DNA of 64,000 nt from Hypanus sabinus (lineage: Eukaryota), in the NCBI RefSeq assembly GCF_030144855.1, contig NC_082720.1, positions 57,536,001 through 57,600,000 on the forward strand. The letters run 5' to 3'. Shown here in pieces: positions 25,990-38,781 of the stretch (position 1 is its first letter; the number at the start of each line of letters is the position of its first letter). The notes under the pieces were generated by a model that ran no database searches, was not told the DNA's origin, and saw only the letters and a program-made list of their open reading frames with translations. The position numbers were made by a program, and so were the translations under genes.

Positions 25990-26440
25990 CAGTGGTGCTA
26001 GAAAGTTTGTGAATCCTGTAAAATCTTCTCAATTTCTGCGTTAATATGACCTAAAATGTGATCAGATCCTCAAGTAAGTCATAAAACTAGATAAACAAAA
26101 TCTAATTAAATAAAAAAACACAAAACATATTATATTTGTTCATTTGTTCATTGAGAAAAATGATCCAATATTACATGTATTTGCTGGGAAAAGTACGTGA
26201 ACTTTTGCTTTCATTAACTGATCTGACCCTCCTGTACAGCAATAACTTCAACCAAACATTTCTGGTAACTGCTGATTAGTCCTGCATGTCATCCTGGATG
26301 AATGTTGGTGGGCGTCGTTGTATAAACTGTTTGCTTCAGGTCCTTCCAAAGTATTTCTACAGGATGAAGGTCAGGCTTTGGCTCGGCCACTGAAGAACAT
26401 CCAGTTGGTCCTTTGTAATCTTGAGACGTCCAGCAATGTT
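25990..26440. mobile_element. Tc1/mariner DNA transposon end fragment
   Basis: TA|CAGTGGTGCTAGAAAGTTTGTGAA terminus at 25988-26013 and an internal repeat aaagtacgtgaac, followed by decayed minus-strand transposase-like sequence. Confidence 0.65.
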
Positions 26441-27940
26441 CTTGACTGATGATGTTTGCCAATTTCCCCTTTCTTAAAGTTTACTTCGTTAATAGAAAAG
26501 CGTCATTTTACGCTTAACACTAACCGTCCCTCGCCCCCGAACCGACACCCCGACTTTCAAATCTGGACTGGCGATTAAGTCTGCCAAACCTCGGCTCGTT
26601 CCTTCCTCCCGGTCACACACTTGGGCCTTGCCTCTTCGATCCGACCTTGCCCAGCAATGGCAGTCTCGGCTGTACGTCCGGGTCTCCAGTCTTCCAGAAT
26701 TCGCTGAATCACTCCGGCACCATCTTTCCCACATCAATATAATATATATATATTAGAAATAACCGTTTCTAATTTTTAAAGTCAGCCAACGGTCATACAA
26801 AATGAATCCTAAATTCAAGTAGCAACCCTGGAACAGCAAGTTTCGGTCGATTTATTCCTCTTTTCACAACTTCAAGTTCTATATTCACCTCTGTTTGCTT
26901 TGCGACACAAAATAGACTGTCGGAATTCACTGAAGGCTGAAATTAAAATAAGTATACACAAAATTCATCCCTGCTTCTCTGCTTGAAGATAACCACCGAA
27001 AATTACTTATTAGTTCTGGCACTCTGTGATTCAAGCCTGCAACATTTGAGTTACACTAGCTTTACCAGATAAATTGTCTGCAAAATTAAACCATAAATAA
27101 ATCTTGGCCAGTGACAAAAAGGAATTCATGATGTATACTGAAGTTTACATAAACAATAGGACTCAGCCATTTGGCATTGTGTCTTCTAATAAAAACACAG
27201 ATAGATGTTACATTTACTCTTTTCTAAATAGGTAAATACCTTTTGTCGTGAACAGGTGACTGCAATTTACAATGCACAATAGACAGAAAAAAAACTGGTT
27301 GTAGTGAAACTATAGTTGTTAATACTGTAAACTGTAAATTCTGTTCATGGGGGTACTTTTATTCAAGCCATGAAAGAAAATAATGATATTCTATGTCTTA
27401 TTCTACGAACATAATCTACAATTATTGACGTTAACGCGTTTTATTAAGTGAAATATTTCTCAAGCCACTGAAGGTCCTGAACTTAGTCACTTCTAGCATT
27501 TTCTTTCTTTCAGGTGTCCAGCAATTCATGTTTCCACGTTAGGGTATGTTCATTTAGTTAACTTATCCATATAACTATTTGTTTGAAAACTAGTGCAACT
27601 CAGTACCATCAAGGGATGATGTCTTCTTGACGGCACAGAGAGTTTTGCTCTCTAGCGACATGTTCAAGAGCTAGTGATGGATGGAAATTCAGGAAAGGAA
27701 AGCGTACGTTTATCATAAGTATAAGAGGATCCTTCAGCGAAATAATGCTGCTTATATTAATTTCCCCACCCATTAACAGCTTCTTTACACTTCTTCTTTA
27801 ATCTTTGACCTAAATATAGATTCTGACAACTCAGATCGGCAGAACAGTAAACAAAACAAGAAATAAATGTGCATATGATAAAAATAATTTTAATTGTGCA
27901 ACAATAAATATCACGTTCTCGGCAACTTTAAGCCGTACTT

Positions 27941-28069
27941 GCTTTAAGAAACGACCAGAATCCTGATTGGTGGAATGTCAATGAGATTCTACACCAATTG
28001 GGATCTGAGATATGCTTAGTGATCCGGACAGCCCCCTTTACGGCACGGCAGCCATCAGGTTAGATCAGA
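27941..28069 (+). promoter_or_regulatory. V4 promoter module
   Basis: GCTTTAAGAA 27941; ATTGG 27966; CCAAT 27994 (23-nt spacer); GTGATCC; GCCATC; GATCAGA. Confidence 0.8.
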
Positions 28070-28286
28070 CACAGAGAAAACTGAGTAGCCTGCAGCTCCG
28101 TGGGATTTTTGCACAAATCATTTCATCTGTAAGGAAATGTGAGTATTTGATTGAAATAATTCGAGCGATTGTCAAGAGGTACGAATATGTCTTGTGCCGT
28201 TTGTCCGACTTAACACCGAATCACAGCTAAAAGGACAATAGAATACTGTCTGGGCTTAAAAAGCATTGGAATGACTTCTACTGGAA

Positions 28287-30746
28287 ATGAGATATAAAAT
28301 ATATTTGTTGCTACAATGCCAATTGCTGTTCTGCGTGTTCTGCTTGTCGAATACAGTGTCTGGTCAAATTCGTTATTCTATTCCTGAAGAACTCCAAAGG
28401 GGAGCCTTTGTTGGGAAAATCGCGGCAGATTTGGGTTTAGACGTAAAGCAGCTGTGGGCTCGCAGATTGCGGATAGCGGCCAGTCCACAAAAGCAGTATT
28501 TCGACGTAAATGTACAGAATGGAATTTTATTTGTAAAAGAAATTATCGACAGGGAACTGCTTTGTGGGTCAGATCTCGATTGTCGCTTATCGGTGGAAAT
28601 TGTGCTTGAAAATCCTCTGAGCCTGTACCAGGTGGAAGTGGAAGTTCTCGATGTAAATGACAACGCTCCCAGTTTCCCAAAAAGCCAGTTTCGTCTGGAG
28701 ATCTCGGAACTTGCAGCACCGGGTATGCCATTTCCTCTGGAACCCGGGCATGATCCGGACATCGGCACAAACTCCTTGCAAACCTACCAGCTAGAATCCA
28801 ATGAATATTTTACTCTGGACGTACAAATGCGCAGTGGGAAGGGCAAGTGGCCAGTACTGTTGCTACAGAAACCTTTGGACAGAGAAATACTGGCGACGCA
28901 AAGTATGACGTTAACCGCAGAAGACGGTGGGTTGCCTCCGAGATCGGGTACAGTGCAGATTATAGTTATAGTGAAGGATGTTAATGACAATGCGCCTGTT
29001 TTCTCCCAGCCAGTTTACAGAGTGAGATTGTTAGAATCTGCACCAAAAGGGACCCCGATTATCACATTGAACGCAACTGATAAAGACGATGGCCTCAATG
29101 GAGAGATAATGTATTCTTTTCGTAGCCATATCTCTTCGACTGCTCGTAAACTTTTTGATCTGAATTCCAAAACTGGTGAAATCAAACTGAAGGGGAACTT
29201 AGACTATGAAGAAAAAAATGTTTTTGAGATTAAAATACAAGCGGCAGATAAGGGTCCTAACGCTGTTCCCGAGTACTGTGATGTATTTGTTGAGGTGATT
29301 GATGTGAATGATAACGCGCCGTTTGTGATATTGCGGTCTTCCTCTGCGACTGTTTCGGAAGATGCTCCACTTGGGACTGTAGTGGCCCTGTTCACTGCAG
29401 AGGATAGAGACTCCGGAAAAAATGGACAGGTACGTTGTCAAATTTCACATCAACTACCTTTTAAGCTGGATTCATCTTTAAAGAACTACTACAGAATCCT
29501 TGTTCTGCACCCGCTCGACCGCGAAAACAATTCCAGGTTTGATATTACCATTACTTGCACGGATGCGGGGGACGTTCCTCTCATTTCCAGGAAGACCATC
29601 CGAGTAGAGGTTTCAGATATAAACGACAACGCGCCAAGGTTTTCTCGCTCAGTATACACAGCAAATGTTATGGAAAACAACGTCATTGGAGCTTCCATAT
29701 TTTCCCTTACGGCCTTCGATGCAGACGCTGGAGAGAACGCCCGACTGAACTTTTCTATCCTAGAGTCTCAGGTTCAGAATTTCTCAACAACCTCCTATGT
29801 TTCAATTAGTTCAGCAAGTGGTGTTATCTATGCTCAGAGATCTTTTGACCACGAACAACTGGAAAACTTTAAGATTCAAGTTCAAGTGCGGGATTCTGGT
29901 ACGCCACCTCACACGAGTAATGCGTCAGTGAACGTGGTTATCATGGATCAGAATGATAATGTTCCAGTGATTGTGCATCCTTTACCCGAATACGGGTCGT
30001 CAGCAATAGAAACAATATCCAGATTCAGTGAACCGGGGTCCTTGGTTGTCAAGGTATCGGCCACAGATGCAGACTCGGGTCAGAATGCTCGACTCTCTTA
30101 TGAGATTTTTCAAGCCACACATCATAATCTTTTTACCATTTCGGCAGAGACTGGCGAAATTTGGACTATCCGTCGAATTTTCAGTAGTGATGCTTCCAAT
30201 CAAAGACTAGTGGTTGTGGTAAAAGACAATGGAATGCCATTACTTTCTGCCACTGTGACGATTGTATTATCTGTGGTTGGGACGGATAGTGAAACGTTCT
30301 CCAGTGTCAGTAGTTCTTCCGTAGATCCCAACATCACTCCAGAACTGAGCCTTTCCTTGGTTATAGCCTTGGGAATAATATCTAGCATTTTGCTCATTAT
30401 GTTAATCATCCTTGCCGTTAAAGTTCACAAAAACAGGAATGGTGCGGTTGGCCAGCATCATTACCTGAGTTCTTCTTGTTGCTTCGAAAAAAGAAATAGT
30501 TTCAATGGAATTCAAAAGGCCAGTAAAAGCCTTCAGATACCACCAAACTATGTTGAAGTGTTTGGGGGCGATCCTCTCTCCCAAAGATTCCGTTATGAGT
30601 CATGTTCGACATTGCAGTCTACCAAAAGGGATTTCACCCTCCCCAGCATGAGCAGATCCTGTGCAGACCAAGATTTTGTTCGGAACGAATCTGTCGGTAA
30701 AGGAAATATTGCAATGGCGGATTCTGAAAAATACAGCATTCCTGAG
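28287..30746 (+). CDS. Clustered protocadherin variable exon V4 (group A, closest to V3)
   Basis: ORF 28287-30779, colinear with V3 at an offset of 9987 nt. Donor GAG|GTGAGG at 30746/30747. Confidence 0.95.
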
Positions 30747-31867
30747 GTGAGGCAATTTGAACCAGACGGAAAAACCTGATAGGTTTGGCTTGAAAGCGCA
30801 AGTAATAGTAGAAAGGTAACAATATATTGAGATAAATAGCATGAACGATGTAGCTTAATGGGAAATACTCTTTGCTAAATCTTTCTGGATTAGTTTTCTG
30901 TCTAGTGTGATGTTTTCAATTATCATTATTATATACTATTCTAATATATTACCAAATAACCTTTAAATTATTTTCTGGAAGTCCTGGTTTTTAGAAGTTT
31001 GTGTAATTCTTCTTCATAACATTCTTTCCTCCAGATCAATTGGTAACACACTAGTATTTATGCCTCGAACAGTTCTTCCAGTCGAGTGGACAATTCCTTT
31101 ATAATTCTTCCAATCTGATACATTGTGCTCTGAGCACTACTGTGGTCTGCTCTCCCATGGGGTATATAAACGTAGAATGAGTGCATAGTTTATCAGTTCG
31201 GTCCTTTCCAGTGCCACGAGCTTCACTTTTATTCTGCATTCCACTACTCTGAGCTCTGAACCATGTTTTGCGTATGGTCGAAGAATACCATCTAATCTTC
31301 CATCCAGGCATATTCTAATCTAATCCTTGAATTCGGTATGTAGTTCGACAAATAACTTTTTCTTATATTTGCAAACCTGCGCTTGCAAACCTATTCAATG
31401 TTTCTCTCTTTGGATGGTTAACTGAGCACTTCCACCAGACACTTTTGTTTTAGATTTCCGACAGCTTCCTTAATCTGTACTTTACTGTTCCAACTTTGTT
31501 TTAATCTCCTCTATATTCCTTATTTCCTCTTCATTTATTTCCACAAATCCATACGTCCCTTAGGCGTCAATGAAAGCAAACATGTGACCAACACAGCAAA
31601 TACTTTGTCCTACCAACAGACATGCTCTTGCTCTGAAATCACCATCATAAAAACCTGTACTCAGTGCACTAACTATTGATTGTTTTTGCTAGTTTGCACT
31701 GCAGACCAATGGAAATTGAGCCATGATATTAACACTGATCCTCGCTCCACATATGATGATTTTCATGACGAGTTTCCCAAGATGTCCTGGTCTTGCTTTT
31801 AGATACGATTTACGGGTTTAGCACGCATTCTATGTTAATGAGTCCTTGGACAGCTGACAGAGCTATC

Positions 31868-32360
31868 ATGCTGGTGGAACGTAGCAGATCAGGCAGTATC
31901 TATGAAAAAAGGACAACAGAAGGGAGACGATGAGGCCATGCTCACTGTGGGGGCGCAACCCAATATTCCTTCTAGGTCGCCTCCGACCTTACGGCATGAA
32001 CATTGATTTCTCCTTCCGGAGTGTTTTCCTCCTGCCTTACCTATTCAATTCCCCACTCTGATCTCTAACCTCTTCACCTCACCTGCTCACCACCTCCCCT
32101 TCTTTACTTCCTCCATAGTCCACTCGCCTCTCCTATCAGATTTCTCCTTCTCCAGCCCTTTACCTTTCACACTCAACTGGCTTCACATATCATCTTCTAG
32201 CTAGTCATCCTTCTCCTCCTCCACCTTTTTATTCTGGCGTCTTCCCCTTCATTTCCAGTCCTGATGAAGGGTCTCGCCCGAAACGGCGACTGTTCATTCA
32301 TTTCCAAAGACGCTACCTGATCTACTGAGTTCCTCCAGCATTTTGTGTGTGCGATTCTAG
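31868..32360 (+). mobile_element. Penelope-like element 3' end and pseudo-LTR, with a short inverted pLTR piece at its 5' side
   Basis: ttccttctaggtcgcctccgaccttacggcatgaacattgatttctcc resembles a GIY-YIG C-terminus (FRLGSLQPxGMNIDFS). The pLTR carries a hammerhead core. 31868-31905 is an inverted copy of the 32305-32342 region. Confidence 0.75.
32256..32292 (+). ncRNA. Minimal type-I hammerhead ribozyme relic (cleavage triplet mutated GUC->GGC)
   Basis: CAGTC-CTGATGA-A-GGG-TCTCG-CCC-GAAAC-GGC-GACTG: stem I CAGTC/GACTG, core CUGAUGA and GAAA, stem II GGG/CCC. Confidence 0.75.
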
Positions 32361-33382
32361 ATGGACAATTAAAGATAGATAATAGTAGAAAGACAGAGAT
32401 AGATATAGATAGATACTGAAATAAAAACAGAAACGTAGTTAGATATACAGACAGATGTGATAGGTGCATAGATATCTCGACAGATAGTCTGATATAAAAA
32501 TGTCCAATCTTCTAGTGACACGTTAATGTACAGTTTAGCTGTGTACATTTGCCTGGAACGCGTTATAAACCTGTAACTGTATCTAAAAAGAAGCGATAAA
32601 TAGATAGATGGACAGATGGATAGATGCCGACCTATGGAGGAGATTATGCTTGGTGTATCATTTCATCTGTGAGATGGGTGGTTGCGCTGCTTGGAGAAAA
32701 ACGAAAGGTAACATCCATGGTGAATATAATTAGTAGTAAATTTAAATTCAAACAAAAGAACAGATACTAGTGTCGGTATCACAATGATATTTGTGGAGTC
32801 GTTAGCACATAAATTGACCACTGAATCACCTTAAAAATACAAAGTTAGCTCTTGTTGGAAAAGTGCACTTGAGATGTCCTATAGGACCTATAGAGTTGTC
32901 AACACTAAAAGACCTGAAGTAGTCTTGAATAAAGTTAATGTGGTCTGTACTCTTGACTAGTGTAGCTTCATTCGGAAGTTATGCGCATGTTTTTAAAGGT
33001 ACATACAGAACCGCTGCCTTGAACATAATTCACTTCCATTCGAATACTATAACGGAACTGGATACCACAACCCAACGCATAATTTTCGTAAATTGCTTTA
33101 GTTTTAGATCATTGCATTTCGAAATGCTTGACTTTTCATTCAGTGTTTGGAAATGAGTGCCATTACTTTGATAATTTGGAGATTCAACGATCAATGTAAC
33201 GTACCTTTGTATTTTGATTATGGGTGCTGTAGGCAGAGTTTTGTGCATTGCTCGTTGTGCTTGTAGAAGATCATAAACGCCCTCGTGAACCAGTGAGGCC
33301 CGTTTTCTAATAGATCTCCCTTAACGTTATTGCGTAAGAAATTCCAAGACTTATATCCGGTAACAGTGAAAAAATGGCAATA

Positions 33383-35118
33383 GAATGCCTTGAAAGTATT
33401 CAACCCCAGCCATTTGTTTACATGAATGAGTATTACAAACAGGGATTTTGATCAATGTAACTGAGAATTTTTATTTGTGAACCGCACGCTGTTTTATCGC
33501 AATAGAGCCCCAAAACAGGGAAAATTGTAAAGCACGAAAAAATAACAATCCAAAGACAAATGTCAGCAGTTCAAAAGTATTCACCTCTCTTTGCTCAGTA
33601 CGTAATCAAACCACCACTTGTAGCTATTATTGTCAGTAGTCTTCTTGGGTATGGCTCCTTTAGCTTCGCACAACGAGATTTTGCAAGTTACTCAAGCTGT
33701 GACAGATGAGTTGGGTGGTGGCGAAGGACAGTAATCTTGAGATCTTGCCAAAGATATTCGACCGGTTTAAGGTCACGTCGCTGACTGGCCCATTATAGGA
33801 CATCAACTTCCTTCGTTTGCAGCCACTCCATGGTTGATATAGTAGTGTTCCTTGGGTCATTATCCCGCTGAAAGACTAACTTTCCCCTACCAGTTTAAGT
33901 TTTCTGTCAGAGGTTGGTATATTTTTATCCAGGATATCTCTGTATTTTAGCAGCATTCATTTTCTCATGAATCCTGACCAGATTTTTAGTCCCTGCTGCC
34001 GAAAAACATTTCCACAGCATGATGCGTTCTCCACCATACTTAACAGTATAGATGGTGTTACCTGGATAATGCACAATATTAGATTGTCGAGGCCAAAAAA
34101 TTCCACTTTATTCTCATCCGACAGCAAAACCGTCTTCCACATCTTTACAGTATATTCTAAGACTTTTTCAAAGTCTTTACGAGCAAGAATACGCCTTTTT
34201 TAGCCAGAGAGACGTCCTTGCCACTTCCATAAATACTGCACCCTCTTTCATACAGGGTTAAAGAGATCGTGGAACTATGACCTTCATCTCTATTTGCAGC
34301 CACTAATTTTTGCAGATCACTCAATCAGCTTTACAGTGGCCTCTCTTCCAAATGTCATTCTTCTCCAACAACTGAGTTTGGAGATGAACCTGACCAAGGC
34401 AGTGTGGCTGAGGTTTCATACTTTTTTCCACTTTTTCCACGATGTACCTCACTGAGCTCCGAAGTATGTTCAGAGCCTATGAGATGGTCTTATGTTCTTT
34501 CCCATATTTGTGTTTCCCTATTATCATTTCACTGACTTGCCTTAAATGCTCTTTTGGTTTAGTCTGTTGAAAATCTGTCATACTATTGGACCTTTTACAG
34601 AGAGAGTGTATTTCCTCCAATTTTCTACATCAGCAAATTGGATGAGTTGTAAAGGTAATATATAGGATTGCACCTGAGTAAAATTAGTGTAGTAATTACA
34701 AAGGGGTTCATATTTTTTCAGCCTCAAGTTCTTTGGTTTTAATTATTAGTATATTGTTGACATGGTTTGGAATTTTGCTTTTGCTGTGTGGAACGAGCTT
34801 CCAGTAGAAGTGGTAGAGGCAGGTTCGATTTTGGCATTTAAAAAAAAAATCGGATAGGTAGATGGATAGGAAAGGAATGGAGGATTATGAACTGAATGCA
34901 GGTAGGTGGGACTATGTGAGAGTAAGCCTTCGGCACGGACTAGAAGGGCCGAGATGGCCTGTTTCCGTGCTGTAATTGTTATGTGGTTATATGAAATGAT
35001 GCATAATGATCTTCTTTGGATGAGCTAAAAATCGCACTTCAAGATATTTTAATTATAGAAAATTAAACATCAAATTGTGAAATTAGTTGTGGAATACAAA
35101 TATTTTTTCAAGGTATTG
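33383..35118 (-). mobile_element. Near full-length decayed Tc1-family transposon, with a nested CR1 3' tail at 34783-34992
   Basis: Minus-strand [16 protein letters not shown] and a decayed WPSQSPDLNPIE-like motif near 33760-33795. Degenerate TIRs TA|gAATGCCTTGAAAG (33381) and TTTCAAGGTATTG|TA (35119). Confidence 0.8.
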
Positions 35119-35384
35119 TATATGATTCTTAGTCAAAGGTTAACGTACATCAGTAATATAACCAGAGTATGTGAAACAATCTAAGTAAATATTGAGTTGC
35201 GATTTGGTAGAGTAGCATAGTACAGAATAATTTTCCATTCATTTCTGGAGTAAGACCTATAGGTGATGTCTTATCAGATCTTCAAATAGATTTAGTGGTA
35301 GATCTGATGGCATTGCAGTTTACATTCTTGACACAGCAAACACATTAGCTTTACGTTTAGTGAAAATTATACAGGATATTTGCC

Positions 35385-36400
35385 ATTTACCCGTTAAGTA
35401 CCTCCGCTGTCTCCTCCGGTTCCATACATACTTTTCCAATGTCACACTTGAATGGTCCTATTCTCTCACGTCTTATACTCTTGCTCTTCATATACTTGTA
35501 GAATGCCTTGGGGTTTTCCTTAATCCTGTCCGCCAACGCCGTCCCATGCTCCCTTACTGCTAATTCTTTCTTGAGCTCTTTCCAGCTACCTTATAATCTT
35601 CGAGATCTCTATCATTACATCGTTTTTTTAACCTTTCATAAGCTCTTCTTTTCTTCTTGTCTAGATTTACATCAGCCATTGTACACCACGGTTCTTGTAC
35701 CCTACCATCCTTTCCATGTCTCATTGGAATGTAATTATGCAGAATTCCACGTAAATATGCCGTGAACGTTTGCCACATTTCTTCCGTGCATTTCCCTGAG
35801 AACATCTGTTCCAAATTTATGTTTCCAAGTTGTTGCCTGTACTTCCCGTTACTCCAATTAAACGATTTACTAACTTTTCTGCTTCGATCCCTCTCCAGTG
35901 CTGTGGTAAATCAGATAGAATTCTGATCACTATCTCCAAAATGCTCTCCCACTGAGAGACCTGACGCCTGACCAGGTTCATTTCCCAATACCTGATCAAG
36001 TACAGCCTCTTCTCTTGAACGCGTTTCTGCATATTGTGACAAGAAACCATCTTGAGCACACCTAACAAACTCCACTCCATCTAAACCCCCCAACTCTAAG
36101 GACATTCTAATTGATATTTGGGAAATAAAAATCTCCCACCACAACAACCCTGTTAGTATTTTACTTTTCCAGAATCTGTCTCCCTATCTGCTCCTCGATG
36201 TCCCTGTTACTATTGGGTGGTCTATAAAAAATCACCTAGTAGGATTACTGACCCCTTCCTGTTCCTAACTTGCACCCACAGAGACTCCGCAGACAACTCT
36301 CCATGTCTTACTCCTTTTCTCCAGCTGTAACACTATCTCTGATCAACTGTGCTAAGCCCCCACCTCTTTTTCCTCCATCCCTGTCCTTTCTGAAACATCT
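35385..36400 (-). mobile_element. CR1-type LINE internal fragment (endonuclease region)
   Basis: Minus-strand EAVLDQVLGNEPGQ..VGEHFGDSD and EEMWQTF. Confidence 0.85.
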
Positions 36401-37074
36401 AATAAACCGATTAATTAAAACAGAAACGGCTGTGGAAGTAATCAAATTGGGTGAAAGACAACCAGACTAAAAGATGAGGCTGAGGCAATGTGACAGGTTA
36501 ACGTTCAACTCAATTCCTGCCCCTTTGCTATTCAAATTCAGATTCAGTTTAGAATGCAGTTAACAAATGAGATACCACGAAAAAGCACAAAACAGACCAC
36601 ACAAGAAAAACCACATAACGTTTGGTAATCCCCAATCCAGAGTCCAGAGAGGCTGCTGCATATTGATAACGTGCTACCATTTTAGCACATTCCCCGGAAA
36701 GGAACTACAAACCCATCAGACAAAATTAAAGCTACAAGACCTACACAAAACCACATAGTTACATATAGTTATAGTCAGCATATAGTTTCAACAGTGCAGA
36801 CAATACCATAATTGATAAACGACTGCCAAAGGCCACATACTTATAACACATAGTTTCAACAGTGCAAAGCAATACCGTAATCTGATAAGGAGCAGTCCAT
36901 GGCATGGTTTAAAAGAAAGTCTCAAAGTCCCAGTAGCTCATCATCTCACGCGGGCGGTAGAAGGAAGAAAAACTCATCCTGCCATGAACCTCCAGCGCCG
37001 CAACTTGGCGATACAGCACCCTGGGAGACCCGACCACAGCCAACTCCGAGTCCATCCGAAAACTTCCATTTCAA

Positions 37075-38060
37075 ACTATAAGCTGGTCACGCAGCCGACA
37101 AGAGATTCAAGGTTTGCTGTCCAAATTCTTCTTAAAAAATACAAAGAAACGGGCAGGGCTGTGGACCAGAAACGTATCTGTCTGCCACAGAAGCTGAACG
37201 CAGCAGGTGAATAATATATTAAACTGACGTCCATTCGAAATTGAAAGAAGTTCAATACTGCTATCAGCTCTGACTCACAGATACCACAAGAACCCAAAAT
37301 ACCACCCTCTACTGTCCGGAGAAGTCTTGTAGAAAATGGTCTCCATGGAAGAGTTGTTGCTAAAAAGCCATTCCTCCGAAGTAGAATCAAAGTCAAGAGG
37401 CTCGCCAACGCACAAAAGTTCAAGCACTGGGGTGCAGACCAATGGTAGCAAGTACTCTGGGCAGGCGAGTCAAAATTTAACAATTTTGGCTCAGATAGAA
37501 GTCAGTTTGTCAGTAGAAGAGATGGAGACAGCTACATGGATGAGTATCTACAGCCTGCAAAGAAGCTCGCCAGAGGTTCCCTGCAGGTTTGAGGCTGTAT
37601 TTCTGCAAATGGATTTGGTGATCTAGTCAGAGTTTGTTCAAATCCGCAATGCTGAGAAGTACAAGCAGGTTCTCATCCATCACGCAGTACCATAGGGTGG
37701 CGTCTGATCGGTCCCATCTTCATTCTGCAGTAGGAGAATAACCCCAAACACGACCAAGATCATAAGGAACTTCCTTCAGCGAAAACGAGGAACAAGGGAT
37801 TCTGCAACGGTTGGTATGGCCTCCACAGAGCCCTGATCTCAGCGTCATCGAGGCTGTCAGGCATTACCTGGATGGACAGGAGCAAGTGAGACAGCCAATG
37901 TCTGCTGTTGAATTGTGGCACGTTCTCCCAGATGCTTGGAGCAACCTATCAGCCCATATTTGTATAGAACTGCACGACACTATACCTAAGAGAATTGATG
38001 CAATATGAAATGTAAACGATAGTCACATCAAATATTGATTTGATTTAGTTTTTACTGTTC
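37075..38060 (+). mobile_element. Tc1-family transposase remnant
   Basis: KKYKETG (HTH), KKPFL...W..VLWAGESKFN and MVWPPQSPDLSVIE motifs, with frameshifts. Confidence 0.85.
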
Positions 38061-38448
38061 ACTGCTATTTATGGTAAATTGTTTATTATTTGGAAACTTT
38101 TCATTTATATAAGTATTGAAAATTGCTTTGGTCTGTTGAAAAGTGCGACAGGATTGTTTAATGAGTATTAACAGGCGACAATGTTTGTAATATCACGATG
38201 CAACACTCTGCATGTAGCATGCATGTAATTAGAAACTCCGCAAAAGGATCTATCTAGTTAACTTTAATCACTTTCAAAAGGGTTTTTTCTTTACAATTTA
38301 TCTGCAACAGATTCACTGCGCCGTAGTTGTTGAAACCATGGTTCTGGGGATAAATACCGGTAAAAGTCTGAATGGTCTGAAATACTAAAAGCAATTTCGA
38401 GTGTGCAGTAATAAATGCAACGGCCGTGCGCCAAATTAACGACTTCTT

Positions 38449-38577
38449 GCTTTAAGAAGTGAGCTGAATTCCAATTGGGCAGATATGAGTGCTACCTTGT
38501 CCACCAATCAGAAGCTAAGATGTGACTGGTGATCTGCACACCCCCTTCATACCCAGCTGCCATCGCGTAAGATCAGA
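38449..38577 (+). promoter_or_regulatory. V5 promoter module
   Basis: GCTTTAAGAA 38449; ATTGG 38474; CCAAT 38504 (25-nt spacer); GTGATC; GCCATC; GATCAGA. Confidence 0.8.
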
Positions 38578-38781
38578 CGCCGTGAAAACGGCAGAGCCAG
38601 CGGTACCAGAGCATTTATTTGTTTCAACCCGGAGACAACATGCGAACATTTCAATAGAAACAGAAGGGTAAATTTGGAAAAAGGTACCGCTAATTTTTGC
38701 ATGAATTTATCCGTTATAATTGAAACCGCAATAAGAAGACTTTGTATCCGGGCGAAACCTTTGGAATGATTTCTCCTGGAA

